64,000 nucleotides of DNA from Squalus acanthias (taxonomy: Eukaryota), in contig CM059430.1 of the NCBI GenBank assembly GCA_030390025.1, forward strand, positions 28,830,001-28,894,000, in the 5' to 3' direction. Under the pieces are notes generated by a model. It saw only the letters and a program-made list of their open reading frames with translations. It searched no databases and was not told the DNA's origin. Position 1 is the first letter of the stretch. Each line of letters opens with the position of its first letter. The translations under genes were made by a program, and so were the position numbers. Below are positions 51,392 through 63,066 of the stretch, one piece after another.

Positions 51392-52115
51392 AGCACTGGT
51401 GAAACACAGACTAACTGAAATTTATGTGGTACTAAACTAAAGGGTAAGATAAAAAAATTACCCAACAACCCAAGAGGGAATCATAAAAGGGTTTTAAAAA
51501 GTGTCTACTCAGTAAGTGAAACCACACTGAAGCAAATTAAATTTAACACTTCCACTTACAGAACCATCACAAGATATGCTTGTACCCTCCACACACACAC
51601 AGCAACTGCACCGAAACCTTTGAGAATTATGGTTTCATTTTGCACAATTTTAATTGCAAGGCATATAATGCAATTAAAGTATTTTTTGCAATTATTTCCT
51701 CTACCTTTTAAGAACTATAGGTTGCTGTTGAGAAATGAAACTACCCATGACAGCGTGTTACCACACTTCTGTCATGGATCCAAAGCAGCTCTTATGAGAT
51801 GTGATGATCTTTTACTTAAGTGAAAGTAAGTTAGTTTAATGCCACCAAAGGTACAAAATTGGACCAAGTCGATACAGAAATTATTAATTGTTGTAAAAAT
51901 ATGACAGTGTGCTTTGTGGATCAGTTAGGTGTATGACCGCATCGCTTGGCAAATAACATTGCAGTATCATTGATGCCCAGGATCTCGTTTACATATCACT
52001 TTATAAAAGCACGTTTTGCATCAAAACATTTGATTTCAATTAGAAATTTTATTGGAGATATTTGAACAGAAAGCTTGCATGTTCTGAATGCAAAAGTTTG
52101 CAAGACAATTATATT

Positions 52116-53405
52116 GGCCTGGAATCTGCGGTCCTGATGACGGAGAACTGGCAATGTTCGCCGTCATTGCGCCTTTGAAACTGACCGCAACTTCAGGATT
52201 TAGCCCATGCGCAGCCTAATGCAGAAATCCTGAAGTTGCGGTCCGTAATTCACGGCTCCTCCGCAGGCTGCGCCCCCCCGCCACCCACCACAGAGCCGGC
52301 AATCAGTGACATCTCTCAAATCATGGAAACTGCCGAAAACTTTGGCTCTTCCGCAGTAATTATGCTGTTAAATACCCCATTCAAAGTTAGACCCTTTTGG
52401 ATTAGGTGTAACTGGGGTATTAACAGAGTATTGACTGCTAAACAAAGGTTATGGCCCTGAAAAGCTAATTAAAATGTTGCAGTGTCAAATTTATCAATTT
52501 TAATAAAAATTAACATTTTTAAGAAATTTAGATCGTTAATTTTTATTTCAGGTTTGCCTTTTCCCCATGTGAGAGCCCCAATCTTTGTTTTGTTCTCTCT
52601 AACATTTAAAAAAAGTTAAGGGGGGAAATTGAGTTGGTTTGCAACTCTCGTTAGCGCCACCGGGGGTGCTAACAGGGCGCAAATCTCCTAGCGCCCGGGT
52701 GCGGCACCGGTAACACCTCCCGCGAAACTCAGCGTGAGGTTAGCAGTGGCAGTACCCCGCTTGCGCCCTGGCCGCAAACTTCCCTTGCGTCCCCTGACCT
52801 ATCGCCGGACGATATGTCCGACAGGATCGGGGGGGGGCGTTTTTGCAGCGGCAGCGCTAGTTAAAGGGGCAGGTGTCGGGCAGCCATTTTTATTTTGGCT
52901 GACTGCCAGCACCTGCCCCCTTTCACTTTTTTATGCGGGGTGCCGGTCGCGCTTGCTAGGCCCCTCCCCTTTAACCAAGGGAGGAGGCCTGCAATGGCGC
53001 AGCTGCATGTAGCGCCGCGAAATTCAGTCGTGGCAGCCCAAGCAGGAGGTGGAGCGCTTTCCAGTAGCCCCCCACCTCCTGCTTGAGACGCTGCTACTGA
53101 ATTTATGGCGGAGGTGTGATAACTTTTTTGGGGCGCTAAAATTAGCGCCCCGGCGACGTTAGCGCACCACCCAATTTTTCCCCCTTAGAATTTTAGGAGC
53201 TTACCCACTTCCTGGTTCGCTGTCTGTGAGAATTCTGCATTTTGATTGGCTGCTTAGACAGCTTGTTGACATCACAGCAGCTCTTTGCTGGGAATCCCCA
53301 TTAACTTCTGTTGATTTCAATTACGCAAATTTCTCGCCACAGATTGTGCGAAGCTTACTTCGAGGCAAGCGCCTTTGCTTTGCCGCTGACCGCATATTCT
53401 GGGCC
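52116..53405. mobile_element. MITE with an internal 19-bp hairpin, hosting a nested MITE
   Basis: TIRs ggcctggaatctgcggtc / gaccgcatattctgggcc (15/18 match). Confidence 0.8.
52620..53184. mobile_element. Nested MITE (family B)
   Basis: TIRs gggggaaattg / caatttttccccc, flanked by TAA/TTA; left end similar to 37112-. Confidence 0.8.
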
Positions 53406-53705
53406 AATATTTTTCCTGCTGAAAATAGAAAGTAAAAAGGTATGTGTATAACACAGGCTATCTGTGGGAGACAACTGCTGTCTGGAAGATGTATGTCATT
53501 TGTTTGGTTACTGTATCCAGATATCAGACAGATGAATATTATACCATTTCGTCCATCATGAAAGCAACTTGTTGTATTTTCAAATACAGGCTCCTCTGTT
53601 ACCAACACAGCTTATCCTGCTTTCAAATACATTAACTCTGGCAACCAGAAAACATATTTGATTCTCAGCATAAAATGTGTATAATGGAGTTCACTGAGAC
53701 ATACA

Positions 53706-54025
53706 CAACAACAACTTGCATTTACATATCGCCTTTACCGCAGTAAAACATCCCAAGGTGCTTCACAGGAGCATTATCAGACAAAATTTGACACCGAGCC
53801 ACATAAGGAGATATTAGGATAGCGGTAGGTTTTAAGAAGCGACTTAAAGGAGGAGAGAGAGGCGGAGAGGTTTAGGGAGGGAATTCCAGAGCATCAGGCC
53901 TATGCAGCTGAAGGTGCGGCAGCCAATCGTAGAGCAAATTAAATCGGGGATGCGCAAGAGACACAGAGATCTCAGAGGGCTGAAGGGCTGCAGGAAGTTA
54001 GAGAGAGGGATGGGTGAGGCCATAC
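53706..54025 (-). mobile_element. L2 3' fragment
   Basis: LWNSLPKPLRL motif and (TTG)n tail. Confidence 0.85.
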
Positions 54026-54289
54026 ACAAACCATATAATTCACAGGCTGATCACAGGCAGACATGTACAAATGGTTACCCTCTACATGATGTATTCTATG
54101 ACTTTGGATTTTTAACCTGCTGGAAATCATTTTTAGTTACTGTATAATCGTGTAAGACCCATTGCTGCTGAATGTGTGAATGAATGAGAAATACCAGCGT
54201 ATGAACAAACTAACTGCAAATAGCAAAGAATTTAGAAATGGATGCTTCCACACAGTTCATATAGTTCCTTTTCAAAAAATTCTGTGCGT

Positions 54290-56255
54290 TAAAGGAACAT
54301 ACCAGCTCGTCCATCAAACCTGCCTCTGGAGCATCATTAGACACTTCCTGCCCCCCAGTAGTCATGTAATCTGCTGAGAGAGGCAAAAGAACAGAAAAAG
54401 AAACCCAGGGCCAAAAAGGGAAAAAAATCTGGAAAATTCCCCTCCGACCCCCTCAGGTGATCGAAACCAGTCCAGGAGATTACATTGACCGTGCGTGCAT
54501 TAACTGTTAAACCACTTACCTTTTATAAGATGTGATCTCTGCCCCAGCCAAGAACTAGTCACGTCTCCATTGTGAAGGTGTGCAGAGAGTTAGCACATAT
54601 TGCACAAGCTGGCAATGCATTCCAAAGGTTCACTGCTCTCTAAGAAAAGAACCACCACCTAACATCTAGCCTATTCCTACGCTGGCGTAGTTTAAATCCA
54701 TGACCCCTGGTCCTCCCCAATCTGTCAAACTGAAATAATCTATCAATAGGTACGCAATCCAGTCCTTTCATTATTTTATATACCTCTATTAGGTCGTCGC
54801 TAAGTCTATGCTGCTCTAAAGTAAATCCTCATCCTTCTCGACCTATCTGCAGCCTTCGACACAGTTGGCCACACCATCCTCCTCCAATGCCCCTCCTCCA
54901 ATGTGTGGAACTGCCCTTGCCTGGTTCTATTCTTGTCTATCGAATCGTAGCCAAAGAATCCCCTCAAATGGCTTTTCTCCCCACTCCCGCACCGTTACCT
55001 CTGGAGTCCCCCAAAGATCTGTCCTTGGCCCCGGCCTATTTCCCATCTATATGCTGCCCCCTCGGCGATATCATCCGAAAACACGACATAAGGTTCCACA
55101 TGTACGTTGACGGCACTCAGCTCTATCTCACCACCACCTCTCTTAACCCCTCCACTGTCTCTGATTTGTCACACTGCTTGTCCGACATCCAATATTGAAT
55201 GAACAGAAATTTCCTCCAACTAAATATTGGGAAGACTGAAGCCATTGTCTTTGGTCCCTGCCACAAATTCTGTTCAGTGACCACCGTTTCCATTCCTCTC
55301 CCTGGCAACTGTCTGAAGCTGAGTCAGACCGTTAGCAACCTTGGTGCTGCGTTTGACCCCAAGATGAACATCGACCACATACCCGCTCCATCGCCAAAAC
55401 TGTCTACTTCCACCTCCATAACATCGCCCGACTCCGACCCTGCCTCAGCTGATTTGCTGCTGAAACCCTCATCCATGTCTTTGTTACCTCAAGACTTGGC
55501 TATTCCAATACTCGCCTGGCTGGCCTCATATCTTCCATCCTACATAAACTTTTGCTCACTCAAAACCCGTATCTTAACTCGCACAAGTCCTGTTCACCCA
55601 TCACCCCTGTGCTTGCTGACCTACATTGGCTCCCGGTCTGACAACGTTTCAATTTTAACATCCTCATCCTTGTTTTCAAATTCCTCCATGGCCTCTCCTC
55701 TCCTATCTCTGTAATCTCCTCCGGCCCTACAAGCCATTGAGATCTCTGGGCTCTTCCAATTCTGGCCTCTTGCACATCCCCATTGGCGGCCGTGCTTTCA
55801 GCTGCCTTGCCCCTAAGCTCTGGAATTCCCTCCCTAAACCTCTCCGCCTCTCTACCTCTCTCTCCTCCTTTAAGATGCTCCTTAAAACCTACCTCCTTGA
55901 CCAAGCTTTTGGACATCTGTCCTGATATCTCCTTCTGTGGCTCAGTGCCAAAAATGGTTTTATTGATAATGCGCTTGGCATGGGTCTTGGGATGTTTTGC
56001 TATGTTAAAGGTGCTATATAAATGCTAGCTGTTGTTGTAAAGTAAATAGACCCCGCTCTTTAAGCCTATCTGAGTAACTACGGTACTTTATGCTGGGGAT
56101 CATTCTTGTAGCTATTCTCTGAACCTTTTCCAAGGCTACTATATCACCCATCATGTGAGGTGACAAAACTGGATGCAGTACTCCAGATGCAGTCTAACCA
56201 AGGTCCTGTATAAGGACAGAATGGTGTCCTTTGACTTGTATTGCATTATAGTTTT
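54290..56255 (-). mobile_element. Old CR1 fragment split by an L2
   Basis: LYRTLVRLHLEYCIQF at ~56160-56210; CR1 3' region at 54290-54826. Confidence 0.75.
54827..56037 (+). mobile_element. 5'-truncated L2 LINE
   Basis: LDLSAAFDTV, GVPQRSVLGP, FHMYVDGTQLY, NFLQLNIGKTEAIVFG, APKLWNSLP; TSD TAAAGTAAAT at 54817-54826 and 56038-56047. Confidence 0.93.
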
Positions 56256-56414
56256 GCTTTTCAGGCACAAGACAATATTGAGAGAAGATTTCAACTCATA
56301 GCAGCCCTTCTGAGGAATAAATGAACTCCAGAGGCCAACAAGTATGCAGAAACATATTTTATATTTATTAATAGCAGAGTACAGCTCTGTTTTTGCCTTT
56401 ATGAATAGCAGGCT

Positions 56415-56495
56415 CTCCTTAAGTAAGGTACGAGCCATATGGATCAGAAAATCCCAGGTATGATCTGTGCTTGCTTAGTTGCTCAGTCATGCGGT
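56415..56495 (+). mobile_element. LF-SINE-like head remnant
   Basis: ggtacgagccatatggatcagaaaatcccaggt..tgcttagtt resembles the LF-SINE 5' part. Confidence 0.35.
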
Positions 56496-56536
56496 GGGGG
56501 GCGGAGGAGATTCATGTGTATGCAATAATTCGCTTC

Positions 56537-57220
56537 AACAACAACAACTTGAATTTATATAGCACCTTTAACGTAGTAAAATGTTCCAAGGCACTGCACA
56601 GGAGTGATTATCGGACAAAAAATTTGACACCGAGCCACATAAGGAGAAATTAGGGCGGGTGACCAAAAGCTTGGTCAAAGGTTTTAAGGAGCGTCTTAAA
56701 GGAGGAAAGAGGTAGCGAGGCGGAGAGGTTTTGCAGGGAATTCCAGAGCTTAAGGCCGAGGCAACAAAAGGCACGGCCACCAATGGTTGAGCGATTATAA
56801 TCAGGGATGCTCAAGAAGGCAGAATTAGAGGAGCTCAGATATCTCGGGGCTGAAGGAGATTACAGAGATAGGGAGGGGCGAAGGCCAGGGAGGGATTTGA
56901 AAACAAGGATGAGAATTTTGAAATCGAGGCGCTGCTTAACCGGGAGCCAGTGTAGGTCAGCGAGCACAGGGGTGATGGGCGAACGGAACTTGGTGCAAGT
57001 TAGGACACGGGCAGCCGAGTTTTGGATGACCTCGAGTTTACGTACGGTAGAATGTGGGAGGCCAGCCAGGAGTGCGTTGGAATAGTCAAGTCTAGAGGTA
57101 ACAAAGGCATGGATGAGGGTTTCAGCAGCGGATGAGCTGAGGCAAAGGCGGAGACGGGCGATGTTACGGAGGTGGAAATAGGCAGTCTTAGTTATGCTGC
57201 GGATATGTGGTCGGAAGCTT
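56537..57220 (-). mobile_element. L2 3' fragment
   Basis: Reverse homolog of 55370-56037. Confidence 0.9.
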
Positions 57221-57840
57221 CGGCACCATTAGATGATTGTCTGCTCCACAAGCAGATGTCTGGCAACAATACACACCTAAGGCCATTGGTCTGGAGTTAC
57301 CTTCTGCATTTGTGCTGAGAGAGACGTGTAATCTGGCCGCAAACCAATTATGTGGCTTAAAAGAGCACAGATCTTTGGGCACAAGTGAGTTACGCACGTA
57401 ACTACAATACGCCCAAGTGTCCTCGATCTTTTACATCCGCCCATCAAACCTTTCGTCCAAACCAATCTCTGCCCACAAAACTGGCCATGCCCCCAACTCT
57501 CAAATGTAAGCATCCTCTAATGCTGCTTGTTCGTGAGGGGGGGGAGGAGGGGTGGGTGGGGGGCTGGAGGTGTCTCTTAACATTAAGACCAGATTGTCAG
57601 GAGCAGCAGGAAAGAAAGTAATTCTTGTGATGTTTAATTGCCATTTTTTAGCGTTCGTTTTTAATTTATCCTCACTGAGCGCTGCTCTGTATTTTCTTTT
57701 TCTTTCAATGGATTTTTATAGCATAAAATAAGTCACATTAATAATTGAAAAGCATCCCTGATTGCAGGTTTCTTTACATGCTGTGCCGGCAAGTGAATTG
57801 AAAATTATATTTTCATACTTAAAGAAGAAACATGCGGGGA

Positions 57841-58524
57841 GGGGGAAATTTTAACACCAAAAAAACGGGTGGGTTGTGGTCGGGTGGGAGGTTGAAGTGT
57901 TAAAAATCTGAATTCCAACCCCAACCCTCCTCCAACCCGCCCACTTCCAGTTTTAATGGAGGCAGGATGCCAACCTGCTCCCAGGAGGCGGATTCTTTAA
58001 ATATTATAATGAGGCTGGATTTAACCTCGGATTTAACCTGCTTTGCAGGTTTAACTGTAGCCGGCTGGGGTTCCCGGGCTGCCGGAATCCCGGCAGCTAC
58101 AGTGAGGCGAGGACAGCTTCGGGAGCACTCCTTGTGGGCAAGGAGAGCAGAAGTGCTTCCTCTCGGCCCCCCAAGCTATCCCACGATCGACGTCCCCCGC
58201 CCCCCGGGACCGGAACCCTGCCCCCCCCCCCCCGGCCCCCACACCCCGGGGTCAGGGATCAGACACCTCCCCCCACCCAGGGTCAGGGATCAGACACCCC
58301 CCGCCCAGGGTAGGGACTCGCACCTACCTGGGGTTGCGGCCTTTTGTCCAGCATTCCCCGCCCGACTGGAAGCCAGCCTGACTTCCAGGCGGGAAACCTG
58401 TCCGTGACGGTAAAACTCAACAGCGTGCGGGGATACCTGGACTTGCGCGTTTCCTGTGCTCTACCGGGTCCCCGTCCCCCCGCCCCCCCGCACTCCCAGC
58501 GGGTCTTCAGGTAAAAATTCCGGC
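57841..58524. mobile_element. MITE family A copy
   Basis: gggggaaattttaac...gtaaaaattccggc ends; colinear with 4480-5144. Confidence 0.75.
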
Positions 58525-59786
58525 TATGATATGGGTTCGGCGATTTCCTCGAGCTCCGATTACTGACGTTGATTTACGCCCATCTGATGTTCAAGCGTAT
58601 TCTGATGAAATTGAGAAGATACATGGGCATAACTTGACAATCGCCAAAATGGGCACAGCTAACGGCGCATTGTCGGGTCTAACGTTCGAGTTGTGCCCAA
58701 GGAGGAAATTCCAGCCCACGAGTCTCAGTTTACACACAAAAAATAACTGAATTACGGAGTTATTCCAAAATACTAAGCAAAATGCTGAAATCTAATGTAC
58801 TAAAAAGGAATTTAACTTGTTCAATTGACTTGAAGCAATGGCTTTGGTGATTGGTGTGAATTCAGGGCTGTTTTACAGCTGTAGATTGTTTTTTTTTTGA
58901 ATTGTCAGCTTTTTTAAAGCAGTTAGCTTTTCCAAGCTTGTAAGTTGGCATATATGGCTCAAGTTCGGCATCTTGTGTTACAATCTATTTAATGAAGTAC
59001 TTGATAGCCCAAGATAGATTTGTACTGCAGCGATGTTACATTTAACAATTTTCAGATAGTCACTCACTGATCCTCAGCCTATAAATGTGTTCGTGTAACA
59101 CTTTGCTGCAAGTTCACTACCAATCAAATCTGTTTTTGAGTTCTCTCAGTACCTACATGATCTCATAGGTCTGGATGCTCATCAGGTACTTAGCAGGGAA
59201 TTCAACCACAGGCAGTACAAAGAAGCTTAATTACTTCCGTATGCTGATTAACCCCCATCAGAACCAAACTTTCAGGATCCTACACTTCCTTCACAGTACT
59301 TTCATTTTCTGTATTAATACAATGAAGGCTGACAATTGTGATGAATGAATTCTCTTCCACCGAGCAAGCAAATCAGTGCCCAGCCACTGTCCCACAATGC
59401 AAGCCTCAAAATGCAGGTGGCATGATTCTTCAAACATTTATCGTATTTTATTCAAAACTCATGACAGTAAATTATAGCAAAAGCTATCCTTTTTAGACGT
59501 TCCATTGATACAAGGAATATATTTCTTACGGGAATTTATTGCAGTCCTTCTGTAGTTTTTTCTTCTGGCACAAACTCTCAATGAAAATCATTCTTCTTCA
59601 GTGAAAATAGGACCAGCAATCAAAGAAATGATACACAATGTACACTTCTCTGGTGCTCGTCATCAACAGCATATTTATGGAAGGAGTATTTGGGTTGGAA
59701 ATTTCCAGTTTGTTTATCAGTAATAATATTAATGGGCCAGATCTTGCTGGAAAAATAATGGCGTGTTAACGACACAATCCGTTATC

Positions 59787-60096
59787 ACAGAATCACAGAA
59801 TCCCCACAGTGCAGATAGAGGCCATTTCGGCCCATCGAGCCTGCACCGACACATATCCCACCCTATCCCCGTAACCCCACGTATTTAATCCCCCTAACAC
59901 TAAGGGTCAATTTATCATAGCCAATCAACCTAACCCGCACATCTTTGGACTGTGGGAGGAAACCGGAGCACCCGGAGGAAACCCACGCAGACACGAGGAG
60001 AATGTGCAAACTCCACACAGACAGTCATCCGAGGACGGATTCGAACCCGGGTCCCTGGCGCTGTGAGGCAACAGTGCTAACCACTATGCCACCGTG
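59787..60096 (-). mobile_element. HE1-type V-SINE
   Basis: A-box TGGCATAGTGG, B-box GGTTCGAATCC, V-domain gtggagtttgcacattctc..gggtttcctccgggtgctccggtttcctccc, CR1-type tail; short GTTATC duplication. Confidence 0.92.
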
Positions 60097-60321
60097 TTAT
60101 CAATGTGTAAATCGGCCAGCAAGTTCAGGGGATTAAGAAATACGGTGCAAATCTCCAGAACTTGCTGGTCGCTTTACGCCACTCCGCCATTTGCTTTGTA
60201 CAGATGGCATCTTGCCCTTAGCCTCCCCGTTATTTTTTAAGAACTTGCTGGATTTGCACATTAATTGTCCATTAAAGGAGCAACAGAAAGTTAAGTCTGG
60301 TAATTAAGAGCATAAGCAACA

Positions 60322-63066
60322 TTTTTTTATTCGTTTATGGGATGTGGGCGTCGCTGGCAAGGCCAGCATTTATTGCCCATCCCTAATTGCCCTTGAGAAG
60401 GTGGTGGTGAACCGCTGCAGTCCGTGAAGGTACTCCCACAGTGCTGTTAGGTAGGGAGTTCCGGGATTTTGACCCAGCGACAATGAAGGAACGGCGATAT
60501 ACGACTAAGCCAGGATGGTGTGTGACTTGGAGGGGAACTTGGAGGTGGTGGTGTTCCCATGCGCCTGCTGCCCTTGTCCTTCTAGGTGGAAAAGGTCGCG
60601 GGTTTGGGAGGTGCTGCCGAAGAAGCCTTGGCGAGTTGCTACAGTGCATCTTGTAGATGGTACACACTGCAGCCACGGTATGCCGGTGGTGGAGGGAGTG
60701 AATGTTTAAGGTGGTAGATGGGGTGCCAACCAAGCGGGCTGCTTTGTCCTGGATGGTGTCGAACTTCTTGAGTGTTGTTGGAGCTGCACTCATCCAGGCA
60801 AGTGGATAGTATTCCATCACACTCTTTACTTGTGCCTTGTAGATGGTAGAATGGCTTTGGGGAGTCAGGAGGTGAGACATTGCCGCAGAATACCTAGCCT
60901 CTGATCTGCTCTTGTTGCCACAGTATTTATGTGGCTGGTCCAGTTAAGTTTCTGGTCAATGGTGACCCCCAGGATATTGATAGTGGGGGATTCGGCGATT
61001 GAATGTCAAGGGGTGGTGGTTAGACTCTCTCTTGTTGGAGATAGTCATTGCCTGGCACTTCTGTGGCGCAAATGTTACCTGCCACTTATCAGCCCAAGCC
61101 TGAACATTGTCCAGGTCTTGTTGCATGCGGGCATGGACTGCTTCATTATCGGAGGAGTTGTGAATGGCACTGAACACTGCAGTCATCAGCAAACATCCCC
61201 ATTTCTGACCTTATGTTGGAGGGAAGGTCATTGATGAAGCAGCTGAAGATGGTTGGGCCGAGGACACAGTCCTGAGGAACTCCTGCAACGATGTCCTGGG
61301 GCTGTGATGATTGACCTTCAATCACTCTCGGTCAAATGCTGCCTTGATGTCAAGGGCAGTCACTCTCACCTCACCTCTGGAATTCAGCTCCTTTGTCCAT
61401 GTTTGGACCAAGGCTGTAATGAGGTCGGGAGCCAAGTGGTTTTGGCAGAACCCAAACTGGGCATCAGTGAGCAGGTTATTGGTGAGTAAGTGCCGCTTGA
61501 TAGCACTGTCAATGACACCTTCCGTCACTTTGCTGATGATTGAGAGTAGACTGATGGGGCGATAATTGGCCGGATTAGATTTGTCCTGCTTTTTGTGGAC
61601 AGGACATACCTGGGCAGTTTTCCACATCGTCAGGTAGATGCCAGCATTGTAGCTGTACTGGAACAGCTTGGCTACAGGCGCGGCTAGTTCTGGAGCACAA
61701 GTCTTCAGCACGATAGTCGGGATTTTGTCAGGGCCCATAGCCAGTGAGCTTAGCTGTTTCTTGATATCACGTGGAGTGAATCGAATTGGCTGAAGACTGG
61801 CTTCTGTGATGGTGGGGACCTCAGGAGGAGGCCGATATGGATCATCCACTCGGCACTTCTGGCTGAAGATGGTTGCAAACGCTTCAGCCTTGTCTTTTGC
61901 ACTCACGTGCTGGGCTCCACCATCATTGAGGATGGGGATATTCATGGAGCCTCTTCCTCCCGTTAGTTGTTTAATGGTCCACCACCATTCATGACTGGAT
62001 GTGGCAGGACTGCAGAGCTTTGATCTGATCCGTTGATTATGGGATCGCTTAGCCCTGTCTATAGCATGCTGCTTCCGCTTTTTAGCATGCATGTAGTCCT
62101 GTGTTGCAGCTTGCCCAGGTTGGCACCTCATTTTTAGGTACGCCTGGTGCTGCTCCTGTACACTCCTTATTGAACCAGGGATGGTCCCCTGGCTTGATGG
62201 TAATGGTAGAGTGAGGGATATGCCGGGCCATGAGGTTACAGATTGTCGTGGAATACAATTCTGCTGCTGATGGCCCACAGTGCCTCATGGATGCCCAGTT
62301 TGGAGCTGCTAGATCTGTTCTGAATCTATCCCATTTAGCACAGTGGTAGTGCCATACAACACGATGGAGGGTATCCTCAGTGTGAAGACGGGACTTCGTC
62401 TCCACAATGACTGTGCGTTGGTCACTGCTACCAATATTGTCATGGACAGATGCATCTGCGACAGGTAGATTGGTGAGGACGAGGTCAAGTAGGTTTTTCC
62501 CTTGTGTTGGTTCTCTCACCACCTGTCACAGGCCCAGACTGGCAGCTATGTCCTTCAGGACTCGGCCAGCTCAGTCAGTACTGACATTGAAGTCCCCCAC
62601 CCAGAGTACATTCTGTGCCCTTGCTACTCTCAGTGCTTCTTCCAAGTGGTGTTCAACATGGAGTACTGATTCAACAGCTGAGGGAAGGTGGTAGGTGGTA
62701 ATCAGTAGGAGGCTTCCTTGCCTGATGCCGGGTGGTCCGCCCAGTTTCATTCTTATTATTTTGTTTCGTAGCGGTTTGTTACAACTGAGTGGCTTTCAGA
62801 GGGCAGTTAAGAGTCAACCACATTGCTGTGAGTCTGGAGTCACATATAGGCCCTAATTCCCTAAAGGACATCAGTGAACCAGATGGGTTTTTACAACAAT
62901 TTCATGGTTACCATTACTGATACTAGCTTTTTATTCCAGATTTATTTAATTAACTGAATTTAAATTCCCCAGCTGCCGTGGTGGGATTTGAACTCACGTC
63001 TCTGGATCATTAGTCCAGGCCTCTGGATTACTAGCCCAGTGACGTTACCACTATGCTACCGTTCCC
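60322..63066 (-). mobile_element. CR1-group LINE with a tRNA-derived 5' head and no ORF1 (internally deleted copy)
   Basis: Head 62760-63066, then endonuclease (LLLITTY, VLWVGDFNV, LLDLVLTN, SSDQ), RT (NPANYRPISLLS, DIKAAFDR) and A-rich tail; several small deletions. Confidence 0.9.
62985..63058 (-). promoter_or_regulatory. Type-2 RNA polymerase III internal promoter
   Basis: A-box TAGCATAGTGG (63048-63058) and B-box GTTCAAATC (62985-62993). Confidence 0.8.

Noticed and set aside
62960-63066. tRNA gene
   Set aside because: A and B boxes are present but no convincing cloverleaf or terminator; it continues into retroelement sequence
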